From: Candidatus Aminicenantes bacterium
GTDB lineage: Bacteria > Acidobacteriota > Aminicenantia > JAMOAD01
Direction of reading: 5' to 3'
NCBI GenBank assembly: GCA_027067555.1
Contig: JAMOVU010000191.1
Location: 6,750-70,749 of the forward strand
Length of the DNA stretch: 64,000 nt
Within the stretch, counting starts at the first letter, position 1. Each line of letters opens with the position of its first letter. A program made the position numbers and the translations under genes. The notes below the pieces were generated by a model. It was not told the origin of the DNA. It did no database searches and saw only the letters and a program-made list of their open reading frames with translations. Below, one piece after another: positions 1 to 8,949 of this stretch.

Positions 1-984
1 AAAGAGGTAAAAGTAAGTGTGATCAGAGACAGAGCTTTCAGTGTTTCCTCTCAGAGAATCTCTCAAACAATTTCAAGCGCTATTTCTGAAAGGCCTGTTA
101 CCCGGTTCAGATGGGGAAATAAAGAGGTTGATGTAATCTTTCAATTAAAAAAAGATAAAAACTTCACTTTAAGCAAACTAAAAAATATAACAGTGGAATC
201 CCAGTCAGGCTCATTACCTGTCTATGCTGTTGCAAGGTTCAGAATAGGAAAGGGAGCCCTTTCAATTGTAAAAGAAAACAAAAAGGCAATATTTACTGTT
301 GAAGCGAATACGGACATTCAAGGTATGTACAAAGTGAGAGATCTTGTAAAAAAAGCTATGGCAAATATAAAATTTCCTCCGGGATATAGCTGGAATATGG
401 GAGAGGATTGGAGAAGATTCAGAGAGGCACAGCAGAGCACAAATATGTCTCTTTTTTTAGGGATTTTTCTTATTTATGTTGTTATGGCATCACTTTTTGA
501 ATCATTCTCACAGCCATTTATTATTTTAATAACAGTGCCTCTTGCTCTCTTCGGAGTTGCAATAACCTTTCATCTGACAGGAGTTACCTTTGATAATGCA
601 TCCTCTTTAGGGCTTTTAATATTAATGGGAATAGTCGTAAACAATGGAATTATCCTAATTGATCACACCAATATTCTGCGAAAAAAGGGGAAAGCCCTTA
701 AAGAAGCGGTCGTTCAGGCGGGAAGGGACAGATTAAGGCCAATTCTAATGACAGCTCTTACGACAATTTTCGGACTTTTACCAATGAGTATGCCTCTGAT
801 TTTCCCCGGAGTTTTCGGACCTCCCGAGGGAAGAGCTTCAATGTGGGCGGGAATATCCCTTGTTGTTTTAGGGGGGCTTACAACCTCCACCTTCCTCACT
901 CTCACATTCCTACCATCTTTTTACTATATTTTTGAAACATGGAAGGCGAAGATATTTAAAAAAGCTGAGCAGCAGAACAGCTGA
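1..984 (+). CDS. RND efflux transporter permease (AcrB/CzcA family), C-terminal fragment; the N-terminus lies upstream of the window
   Basis: The ORF at 19..984 reads into the window start. The C-terminal transmembrane bundle of RND pumps is recognisable (FLGIFLIYVVMASLFESF...GLLILMGIVVNNGIILID, LRPILMTALTTIFGLLPM). Confidence 0.8.
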   Translation, partial: KEVKVSVIRDRAFSVSSQRISQTISSAISERPVTRFRWGNKEVDVIFQLKKDKNFTLSKLKNITVESQSGSLPVYAVARFRIGKGALSIVKENKKAIFTVEANTDIQGMYKVRDLVKKAMANIKFPPGYSWNMGEDWRRFREAQQSTNMSLFLGIFLIYVVMASLFESFSQPFIILITVPLALFGVAITFHLTGVTFDNASSLGLLILMGIVVNNGIILIDHTNILRKKGKALKEAVVQAGRDRLRPILMTALTTIFGLLPMSMPLIFPGVFGPPEGRASMWAGISLVVLGGLTTSTFLTLTFLPSFYYIFETWKAKIFKKAEQQNS

Positions 985-1085
985 ACAGCAGAGCAGCAGG
1001 AATTAAAATGAAAAATGAAGGAGTATTATGATACGAGTCGAGCAACCTCAAGAGATAAAAAAATGATAAATGAAATTGAATATAA

Positions 1086-1366
1086 AAATCATAATTTTTG
1101 TAGGGGCGGATTCCATATCCGTCCGTTTGGATTTTATATTTATATTTTCGGGCAGAAATTGATTCTGCCCCTACGGTGTTTTCAATTGGATTGTGATGTG
1201 TTGGTTTGTTTGTATGTATCTATGATTTTTCAAACCATTCGTAGGGGCGGATTCCATATCCGTCCGTTTCGGTTTTATATTTATATTTTCGGGCAGAAAT
1301 TGATTCTGCCCCTACTACGGTGTTTTTAAATGAATTGTGATGTATTGGTTTGTTTATATTAATGTA
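1086..1366. repeat. Two tandem copies of a ~145-bp REP/REPIN-like unit (GTAGGGGCGGATTC ... GATTCTGCCCCTAC inverted termini, internal hairpin GGGCAGAAATTGATTCTGCCC, conserved tail)
   Basis: The same unit recurs at 4858, 5303-5590, 10930-11165 and 14384-14489. The termini carry the GTAG/CTAC typical of REPs. The ORF at 1015..1329 is a translation artefact of this repeat. Confidence 0.85.
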
Positions 1367-1377
1367 TTTTTTTCGTT

Positions 1378-1403
1378 GTAGGGGAAATTCATGAATTACG
1401 CCA
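1378..1403. promoter_or_regulatory. Degenerate REP half-site (GTAGGGG) fused to a perfect 12-bp palindrome AATTCATGAATT, immediately 3' of the hsdR stop. It is the left member of imperfect direct repeats flanking the island.
   Basis: tAgGGGaAATTCaTGAATTaCgC here versus tAaGGGcAATTCgTGAATTgCaC at 14348..14373, about 19 of 24 identical in direct orientation. Confidence 0.4.
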
Positions 1404-1411
1404 ACGCTTGT

Positions 1412-4400
1412 TTATGCAGCCGTAAGTTTTTCAGCTATTTGCTCTGCCTGCTCAAGCACTGTTTCAGTCGCAAGTTTTTGCATATCAGGAGGATAGCCAT
1501 ACTTCCTGAGTGTTCTTTTCACTATTACCCTTAATTTTGCCTTTGCACTTTCCCTGATTGTCCAGTCTATGGAAGCATTCTCTTTAACCTTCTGAAACAA
1601 AACCACAGCCAATTCGCGTAATTTTTCCTTTCCCATTAATTCAACAGCACTCTTATTATTTGCCACTGCAGAATAAAATGCATACTCCTCTTCACTCAAG
1701 CCCATTTCCTCAGGCTCTTTATCGGCTTTTTGTATTTCTTTTGCTACATCAATAAGCTCTTCAATGAATTGAGCAGCGGTAATTATTTTATTGTGATATC
1801 TTTTGATAGCATTTTCCAGCATTTCCATTAAAGAACGACTCTGAACTATATTTTTTCTTGCTCTGCTCTTTATCTCATCATTTAATATTTTTTTCAGAAC
1901 CTCCATTGCGATATTCTTATGTTTCATATTTTTTACTTCAAGTAAAAACTCTTCGGACAAAATCTCAATATTGGGCTTTTTTATCCCGGCAGCATCAAAT
2001 ATATCCACAACCTCATCCGATACCAAAGCTTTGTCTATTACCTGTTTTATTGTTGTCTCCAAATCAACCCTTCCCTCTTTGCCCAGAAAAGATTTTGAAT
2101 CAAATTTCACAAGGCGTGATTTCACAGCCTGAAAAAAAGCCACTTCATCCTTAACCAATAGTGCTTCCTCATGAGGTATTGCAATCGCAAATGCCTTTGA
2201 TAATGCGGTCACCTCATCTATATATCTTTTTTTGCCATTCTCCAGTCCCAGAATATGTTCTTCGGCTTCCAATATTATATTCAGCTTTCTTGATGTATCG
2301 GCTTCAAAGTACTCCCTATAATTAAAGCCGAAAAACATCTGCCTTACAATCTCCAGCTTTTCGCTCATTACCATCACTGCTTCTTCCTGAGCAATGGCAG
2401 GTTTTCCTCTTCCACCGCCATCAGCATAAAAAGATAGTGCCTCTTTCAAATCCGAAGCTATTCCCAAATAATCCACAATAAGCCCGGCCGGTTTGTCCTT
2501 GTAAACTCTATTTACCCTTGCTATAGCCTGCATCAGGGTGTGGCCCCTCATCGGTTTGTCTATATACATTGTATGCAAAGATGGCACATCAAACCCTGTA
2601 AGCCACATGTCCCTTACAATCACAAGTTTTAATTCATTCTCCGGATCTTTCATTCTGTCAGCAAGTCTTCTCCTTTGCTCTTTTGTCGTATGATATTTTG
2701 CCATCTTAGGGCCATCCGAAGATGCTGCTGTCATCACAACTTTTATAAATCCTTTGTCCAAATCATCACTATGCCACTCGGGCCTGATTTTAATTATTTC
2801 CTCATACAAATCCACAGCTATCCTTCGGGACATTGCCACAATCATGCCTTTACCATCCATCACTGACAATCTTTCCTCAAAATGCAAAACTATATCCTCA
2901 GCTATTCTTTTTATCCTATCCTTACTTCCTATCAATGCTTCCAATCTGGTCCACTTTACCTTTGCTCTCTCCGTATCAGCAAGCTCCATCCTTGCAAGAT
3001 CCTCGTCCAATTCTTTTATTAATTTTTTCCCTTCCTCCGATATTCCCACCTTTGCGAGCCTGCTCTCATAATAGATAGGCACAGTCATTTTATCCTCTAC
3101 GGATTTTGAAATATCATATACATCTATATAATTCCCAAAAACAGCCGGTGTGTTCTTATCATCTTTTTCAATCGGAGTTCCGGTAAATCCTATATATGTA
3201 GCATTTGGCAGGGCATCTCTCATATACTTTGCAAAACCATACTTGATTTCACCTGTTTCCCTATCCACTTTGCCTTTGAAACCATACTGTGTTCTGTGTG
3301 CCTCATCAGCTATTACAACAATATTACTTCTATCTGATAATTTTTCATAAACATTCCCTTCCTCAGGATGAAATTTCTGAATTGTTGTGAAAACTATACC
3401 CCCTGAAGCAACTTTCAAAAGGTCTTTCAATTCTTTCCTTGTCTGCGCCTGTCTGGGCTCCTGCCTCAAAAGTTCTTTTGAAGAAACAAAGGTTTCAAAC
3501 AATTGATCATCCAGATCATTTCTATCGGTAATTACAACAATAGTCGGATTATTCAATAATTGAATAATCTTTGCAGTGTAAAAAACCATGGAGAGAGATT
3601 TTCCGCTCCCCTGAGTATGCCAGATAACACCTGCCTTTTTGTCTCCCACCGGTTGTTCAAAGGTGCTCCTTAATCCGTAAATTTCAGGATCTATTTTTAC
3701 AAAATCATATCCCCCTCTATTGATTGCACTTGCCCTTAAAGTTTCTCTTACGGCTTTGTTGACAGCATAGTACTGGTGATAAGCGGCAATCTTTTTATCC
3801 AATTTTATTGTAATTTGCTTTGTTTTTTCATCCTCTCTGGAAGATCTGTTAAATACAATAAAATACCTCAAAAAATCAATCAATGTGGTTTTATTTAACA
3901 AACCTTTAATTAGTATCTCCATTTGATTTACAAGAGGGGAGGATTCTGCAATACCATCGGAAGATTTCCATGCCATAAATCTGTCCCATCCGGCGGACAG
4001 ACTTCCAACTTTTGCATCAAGTCCATCCGATATGATAATCATTTCATTAAAAACAAATAATGAAGGAATAGTTGCTTTGTATGTTTGAATCTGCCTGAAA
4101 GCAGACATTAATGTAGCATTTTCATCCGCAGGATTTTTCAGTTCAAATACACCAATGGGGATTCCATTTATGAATAAAACTATATCAGGCCTTTTATTTA
4201 CACCATTTTCTATCACAGTGAATTGATTTACAGCAATAAATTCATTATTTTCGGGTTTTTCAAAATCAACAAGCCATACAATATCCCCCCTTTCTTCTCC
4301 ATCCTTTCTATAAACAACCTTTACCCCTTCTGTTAACAAGCGGTGAAAATTCTCATTGTTAACCAGAAGATCGGGGGAATTAGCCCTTTGCAATTGCCTT

Positions 4401-4627
4401 AATACATCATTTATGGTGTTTTCGGGTATATCAGAATTTATTCTACGAATAGATCGAATCAATACATCATAGAGTAAGACAGTATCATAAGTATTGCGTT
4501 TTTTTACAATAGTGTTTGAGACATCCGAGTCAGGAGCAATATCAGGACCGAAAACATAATCCCATCCGAGAGATTTAAGGAGTTTTATTGCAAAATTTTC
4601 GATATCGTTTTCAATTATTTTTGACAT
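1412..4627 (-). CDS. hsdR: Type I restriction enzyme R subunit (HsdR), 1071 aa
   Basis: Typical HsdR N-terminus MSKIIENDIENFAIKLLKSLGWDY, Walker A TQGSGKSLSMVF, DEAH box VIADEAHRTQ, SF2 motifs, and a C-terminal helical domain. Confidence 0.95.
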   Translation of the reverse strand: MSKIIENDIENFAIKLLKSLGWDYVFGPDIAPDSDVSNTIVKKRNTYDTVLLYDVLIRSIRRINSDIPENTINDVLRQLQRANSPDLLVNNENFHRLLTEGVKVVYRKDGEERGDIVWLVDFEKPENNEFIAVNQFTVIENGVNKRPDIVLFINGIPIGVFELKNPADENATLMSAFRQIQTYKATIPSLFVFNEMIIISDGLDAKVGSLSAGWDRFMAWKSSDGIAESSPLVNQMEILIKGLLNKTTLIDFLRYFIVFNRSSREDEKTKQITIKLDKKIAAYHQYYAVNKAVRETLRASAINRGGYDFVKIDPEIYGLRSTFEQPVGDKKAGVIWHTQGSGKSLSMVFYTAKIIQLLNNPTIVVITDRNDLDDQLFETFVSSKELLRQEPRQAQTRKELKDLLKVASGGIVFTTIQKFHPEEGNVYEKLSDRSNIVVIADEAHRTQYGFKGKVDRETGEIKYGFAKYMRDALPNATYIGFTGTPIEKDDKNTPAVFGNYIDVYDISKSVEDKMTVPIYYESRLAKVGISEEGKKLIKELDEDLARMELADTERAKVKWTRLEALIGSKDRIKRIAEDIVLHFEERLSVMDGKGMIVAMSRRIAVDLYEEIIKIRPEWHSDDLDKGFIKVVMTAASSDGPKMAKYHTTKEQRRRLADRMKDPENELKLVIVRDMWLTGFDVPSLHTMYIDKPMRGHTLMQAIARVNRVYKDKPAGLIVDYLGIASDLKEALSFYADGGGRGKPAIAQEEAVMVMSEKLEIVRQMFFGFNYREYFEADTSRKLNIILEAEEHILGLENGKKRYIDEVTALSKAFAIAIPHEEALLVKDEVAFFQAVKSRLVKFDSKSFLGKEGRVDLETTIKQVIDKALVSDEVVDIFDAAGIKKPNIEILSEEFLLEVKNMKHKNIAMEVLKKILNDEIKSRARKNIVQSRSLMEMLENAIKRYHNKIITAAQFIEELIDVAKEIQKADKEPEEMGLSEEEYAFYSAVANNKSAVELMGKEKLRELAVVLFQKVKENASIDWTIRESAKAKLRVIVKRTLRKYGYPPDMQKLATETVLEQAEQIAEKLTAA

Positions 4628-5306
4628 AGTATTTGTCTTCCTCCCATTTTAAAGGGTTGCTAATAATGTATTCTGCGATTTTCAAATAATCCTTTTCATC
4701 CCTAATAATATGTTCATAATAATTGCGCTGCCAGATTCTTTTTTTAAATGGAGGTAAAAGGTTTTGTTTTACCATTTTTATATATTCAACCGTGGTATAT
4801 CGTTTAAATGTTTGCACGATTTTGGGCAATGATACCTTCTCGATTATTTTACCTTTCGGAGGGATGGATTCCATATCCAACCGTTTTGTTTTTATATTTA
4901 TATTCCGGGCAGAAATTGATTCTGCCCCTACGGATAATTCGATAATTTCTACAATGGCATGAAAATGGTTGGGCATTATTATATATTCATGCAATCTTGC
5001 ATTTGGAAAAATTTTCGGTATTTTCAACCAAATTTTTTCTATCATCTTTCCCGCATCATTCAAAATTATTTTATTTTCAACAATTTTACCAAACAATTCA
5101 ATCCTGCCTTGTGTACATATTGTAATATAATATAAACCCGATTGCGAATAATCATAATTTTTTAATCGGATGGAATGGCGGCGGGGGAGAGGGCGATTGT
5201 GTTTTCTGGTCATGGGAATACCTCGTTTTTGATTATTCTTTGTTTTTCCAATTTTTGCATGGGTAATTTCTGAATTACCTGTATAAAACATTTTGATTTT
5301 TTCCAT
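4611..5306 (-). CDS. REP-associated tyrosine transposase (RAYT) / IS200-family Y1 HuH transposase. It carries an in-frame REPIN insertion. The true start is probably the internal Met (MTRKHN...).
   Basis: HuH motif NHFHAIVEI, SLPKIVQTFKRYTT, and the catalytic Tyr region WQRNYYEHIIRDEKDYLKIAEYIISNP. Between EI and IPPK there is a 26-aa segment (IELSVGAESISARNINIKTKRLDMES) encoded by a REPIN copy. Confidence 0.8.
   Translation of the reverse strand: MEKIKMFYTGNSEITHAKIGKTKNNQKRGIPMTRKHNRPLPRRHSIRLKNYDYSQSGLYYITICTQGRIELFGKIVENKIILNDAGKMIEKIWLKIPKIFPNARLHEYIIMPNHFHAIVEIIELSVGAESISARNINIKTKRLDMESIPPKGKIIEKVSLPKIVQTFKRYTTVEYIKMVKQNLLPPFKKRIWQRNYYEHIIRDEKDYLKIAEYIISNPLKWEEDKYYVKNN
4858..4930. repeat. 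REPIN copy inserted inside the RAYT coding sequence (in-frame, ~26 codons)
   Basis: gGAGGGatGGATTCCATATCC...GGGCAGAAATTGATTCTGCCCCTAC matches the island repeat. The left arm is degenerate. Confidence 0.75.
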
Positions 5307-5590
5307 GATTTTTCAAACCATTCGTAGGGGCGGATTCCATATCCGACCGTTTGGGTTCCATGTTCACATTTTCGGGCAGAAATGGATTCTGCCCCTACGG
5401 TGTTTTTAAATGGATTGTGATGGGATGGTTTGTTTGTATGTAACCATGATTTTTCAAACCATTCGTAGGGGCGGATTCCATATCCGCCCATTTGGGTTTT
5501 ATATTTATATTTTAGGGCAGAAATGGATTCTGCCCCTACGGGGTTTTTAAATAAATTGTGATGTGTTGGTTTGTTTGTTTTGTTGTTATG
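5303..5590. repeat. Two tandem REPIN-like units (leader, REPIN, tail) between the RAYT and the helicase gene
   Basis: GTAGGGGCGGATTCCATATCCG...GGGCAGAAATGGATTCTGCCCCTACGG occurs twice with the conserved tail GTTTTTAAAT.GATTGTGATG.GWTGGTTTGTTTGT. The ORF at 5210..5734 is a translation artefact (VGAESISA.K...GYGIRPYEWFEKSW occurs twice). Confidence 0.85.
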
Positions 5591-5730
5591 ACAGGGTAAT
5601 TTCTTATAATTGGGTGGTTTGGGAATTGCCCTTATGGATTGGGCATTTATTATTCTTAAAAGATAAATTTTATCAATTATATTGAAATTAAAACCGTCAT
5701 TATAATATACAAACATAAAATCAAAAACTT

Positions 5731-7932
5731 TCACAAATTCCCCTTTATCTTCTCAATTTCGTATTTTAAAAAAAGATGCGGTCTTTTATTTATCAAGCTA
5801 ATAACTTCTTTTATTAATTTTTCATCATTACTTATTTCTTCTAAATTAATTTCATTTTTTATTTTTTCTATTGCTGATTTTGGAATGCCATATTCTAATA
5901 ATACAGATAATTTTTCAGGAACAAAATCATTTTCTAATAATGTTGCATAATAAGCATAGTCTCCTGCTTCCAAATTTTTCTTTTCACAAACAAATTTTTG
6001 AATATTATTGACGACATTTAACCATTTGGGAACCTTAAATTGAAACCAATGTCTGAAAATATTAAAAACATCTCTTATAGCTTCATTAAACAACTCATTG
6101 TCATTATATTTTGAGAAATAATTTTTTTCTTTATAGTATGTATAATTTGATTTTATTAAAAAAAGAATATCCTTATTAACAGTATAATCAAAAGTTACTT
6201 TTATTAGACGTTTTTTAGTCATGGGTCTAGTAGTTTCTCCTGATCTAAGTAAATTATCCCATGATAATTCTATCAAATAGCTTAGCTGTTGATAGTTTGG
6301 TATCCCATTCCAAGTTATTAAATTTTGTTTTCTCTTAATATCTTTATATAACTGTTCCAAAATCCTTTTCTGTCCCCAAACAGAAACACCGTTTTTCCTG
6401 AATAACTCTCTTTCGTCGTCAGTTAACTCACTCAATTTTTTATATTGCTCAGTATTTTTTACGATATCTTTTACATCATTTTTATGTAATGTTATTAATA
6501 CTTCATCTTCAATAGGTTTTTGCTGATAAAAAGGTATATCGATAATTAATTTTTCTTTTTTAGGTGGCGGGTTAAAATTATATATTTTCCCAATATAGTG
6601 GATCATAAAACGTCCAGCTCTGCCTTTAATATTAGAGTAATCAAAAAAATCAATAGATTTTCTATTCCCTTTGGTGTTATCAAAAAAAACGATATTTTTG
6701 GCGCTTGTATTTACACCTTCAATTAAAGTAGTAGTACAGAATAAATATTTTAGTCTTCCTTCATTAAAATAATCTACAATTGAAGAATTAATATGTTTAA
6801 TTAGTGCACCATCATTTATGCCAATACTATATTCTAAAATTTCTATTAGATTCCAATTAGTATGTACATTTTCTTTTATCCATTCAATTAATGGCAACTC
6901 ATGATCTATCTTCTTTTCTACTTCATTATTTTTTAAATAATTACAAAACTTCCATGCCAAATCTCTTACTTTTTTAGGAGAAGAACAATAAATAATAAAT
7001 TGTTCTTTTTCAGTATTCAATAACTCAAATAACACATGTTCTTTATATTGTTTCTTTTCCCCACGACTACCAAACTTTTTTTTATGTTCCAAATAGACAT
7101 CTATTATTTTTGATTCAACTAATTTGTAATCAGTTTTGTAAAATACAGCATTGTATTTTTGTGCAAAACCTTCAGAAATCCCATCTATATTTGGACCTAA
7201 TAAATAAAATTTTGGATTGTACTTTTTTAGTAATTTGTAAAATGCATTATTTAAAATATAGGCTCGCTCATCATCTCGTTTTTGGCTTAATTTATAGAAC
7301 TCATCTATAATAAGAAAATCTATTGGTGGTAAATTGGGATATTCCATTACTCGTTCCGCAGTTAATAAAAACAAATTACCTTTATCAGTAGCAGGTTCTT
7401 GTGTTGTTTTGACAATAATTTTATATCTTTCCTTGTATCTTTTTAGTTTTTTTCTAGTCTCATCCAACAAAGCTAAAGTTGGTTGTATTACCACTATATT
7501 CTTATATTTTCCGCTTGCAACAATCTCTTCGATTAATAAACTTTTGCCAAAGCTTGTAGGAGCACTAACTATTAAATTTTTATCACTTTCCAAAATATAT
7601 TTGAGTATTTTTTGCTCTTCATGAAGATAGATATTCTCTAAATTTTCTGATAAATGAAACTCCTTTCTTATTTTTCCATCTATTGTAGATGGTTCACCTC
7701 TTTCTTTTTTTAAATATGGATAAAAACCTGCCATTTCTACTATGTCAAACCAAATATCCTTAGTATGTTCAGGGATTTTTTTGAAGTTCTCTAAAATATA
7801 AATGAGTAATCTGTGACCTAAGTTTTCATTATTTCGTAATTCATTAGCACAAATTTTGGCATAGCTAAAACTTTCATCAACAGATATCGAATCTTTGCTC
7901 TCTATATTTTTTATTATCGCTTCTATATTCAT
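5731..7932 (-). CDS. SF2 (DExH-type) helicase, 733 aa. HamB-like partner of the upstream nuclease-like protein (candidate Hachiman effector).
   Basis: Motif I-like LIVSAPTSFGKSLL, motif II FLIIDEFYKL, motif V-like FCTTTLIEGVN and motif VI IKGRAGRF. There are long N- and C-terminal extensions. The start overlaps the stop of the 338-aa ORF at 7932/7933. Confidence 0.6.
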   Translation of the reverse strand: MNIEAIIKNIESKDSISVDESFSYAKICANELRNNENLGHRLLIYILENFKKIPEHTKDIWFDIVEMAGFYPYLKKERGEPSTIDGKIRKEFHLSENLENIYLHEEQKILKYILESDKNLIVSAPTSFGKSLLIEEIVASGKYKNIVVIQPTLALLDETRKKLKRYKERYKIIVKTTQEPATDKGNLFLLTAERVMEYPNLPPIDFLIIDEFYKLSQKRDDERAYILNNAFYKLLKKYNPKFYLLGPNIDGISEGFAQKYNAVFYKTDYKLVESKIIDVYLEHKKKFGSRGEKKQYKEHVLFELLNTEKEQFIIYCSSPKKVRDLAWKFCNYLKNNEVEKKIDHELPLIEWIKENVHTNWNLIEILEYSIGINDGALIKHINSSIVDYFNEGRLKYLFCTTTLIEGVNTSAKNIVFFDNTKGNRKSIDFFDYSNIKGRAGRFMIHYIGKIYNFNPPPKKEKLIIDIPFYQQKPIEDEVLITLHKNDVKDIVKNTEQYKKLSELTDDERELFRKNGVSVWGQKRILEQLYKDIKRKQNLITWNGIPNYQQLSYLIELSWDNLLRSGETTRPMTKKRLIKVTFDYTVNKDILFLIKSNYTYYKEKNYFSKYNDNELFNEAIRDVFNIFRHWFQFKVPKWLNVVNNIQKFVCEKKNLEAGDYAYYATLLENDFVPEKLSVLLEYGIPKSAIEKIKNEINLEEISNDEKLIKEVISLINKRPHLFLKYEIEKIKGNL

Positions 7933-8949
7933 TTATATCCCTTGAATCTTTGAAAGTTTCCTATGCAATTCTTTCACTAATTCGCTTTTATTAGGAACGG
8001 GGAAAAGCATTACAATAACATTTAAATCAGAATGAATAGGTTCTCCTGAATTTTTATATTTCTTTTGTAACTCTTTAAACTTATTATAGAATATTTCTTT
8101 AAGATACCTTATTTCTCTTTCATATTCTCTAATAAATTCTTCATTTTCATCATTTGTATGGTTTGAAAAGACTTCAGATGTATATGTACACAACAGAGGT
8201 ATTGTTACAGATGAAAACAAATCTTGTAATTTACCATTTTGATTTGCAACTCTGTCCAATTCATCAAACCAATATTCTTTTTGTCTTAAAAATTCTTCAT
8301 ACTGATCTTTTGTATTTAAGTCGATATACTCTTCAAGTTTCAAAAAAGCGTTTTTTTTCTTCCCAATTAGCATAAACTCTCTTTTTAAGAAATCTTTTGT
8401 AAAATGTTCTTCAATATCATTTAATAACGCTTCTACCCCTTTTTTACCGTCTTTATATAACTTAGATTCACCAAGATAAATTGAACTACAGTCAGATTTC
8501 CTTAAATTAGGTCCAATATGAATTGCATCAAAACCATGCACTGTTATACCATCAGAATCCTTAAAGTATATTTTTGATACCAAAGGAACTGTATTAATAA
8601 AATCTCGCAAGATAAGATGTAATATCAATTCACCAAACTCACCTCGTTTTAGATATTTTTCCTGAATATCATCTTCGTACTCACCATTATTTTCTAAATA
8701 TGTTTTTTTTGATTGTTTAAAAACCTCTATTTTATATAGAGATTGAGCCGCCTCTTTTAATATTTTTCTTGTATAAGTCTGTTTTATACCCTCATGAAAT
8801 CCAAAAACAAAATCCACTAAAACATCCATCAATATATTTAATAAATCATCAAGTCTATATTTACCAAAATCGAAACCAACAAAATACGCTCTAAGATCTG
8901 CTTCTGATATATGCTCGGTAATAACTTCTTCAGAACCAAAAACACTCAT
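7933..8949 (-). CDS. PD-(D/E)xK nuclease-like protein, 338 aa (HamA/DUF1837-like candidate)
   Basis: GEFGELILHLIL (helix Glu) ... HGFDAIHIG ... 17 aa ... IYLGESKLY gives the D...ExK geometry. The ORF is wedged between hsdS (4-nt overlap at 8946..8949) and the helicase, so translational coupling is likely. Confidence 0.5.
   Translation of the reverse strand: MSVFGSEEVITEHISEADLRAYFVGFDFGKYRLDDLLNILMDVLVDFVFGFHEGIKQTYTRKILKEAAQSLYKIEVFKQSKKTYLENNGEYEDDIQEKYLKRGEFGELILHLILRDFINTVPLVSKIYFKDSDGITVHGFDAIHIGPNLRKSDCSSIYLGESKLYKDGKKGVEALLNDIEEHFTKDFLKREFMLIGKKKNAFLKLEEYIDLNTKDQYEEFLRQKEYWFDELDRVANQNGKLQDLFSSVTIPLLCTYTSEVFSNHTNDENEEFIREYEREIRYLKEIFYNKFKELQKKYKNSGEPIHSDLNVIVMLFPVPNKSELVKELHRKLSKIQGI

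Noticed and set aside
1015-1329. 104-aa plus-strand ORF
   Set aside because: It lies entirely within two tandem REPIN-like repeat units. The translation (FHIRPFGFYIYIFGQKLILPL, seen twice) is a repeat artefact and has no coding signature.
1858-3350. Several small plus-strand ORFs (98, 63, 105, 81 and 66 aa) antisense to hsdR
   Set aside because: They are fully nested in the well-supported hsdR coding region and their translations are low complexity (S/L/P-rich), so they are spurious antisense frames.
5596-5730. Candidate rho-independent terminator after the helicase gene (GGGAATTGCCC / TGCCC..GGGCA)
   Set aside because: The stems are short and AT-poor/GC-poor, and no U-tract follows on the transcribed (minus) strand, so it cannot be supported as a terminator.
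5210-5734. 174-aa minus-strand ORF
   Set aside because: It is a translation of two tandem repeat units (..VGAESISA.KY..GYGIRPYEWFEKSW.. occurs twice). The same pseudo-peptide appears in the ORF at 10904..11179 and inside the RAYT, so it is not a real protein.
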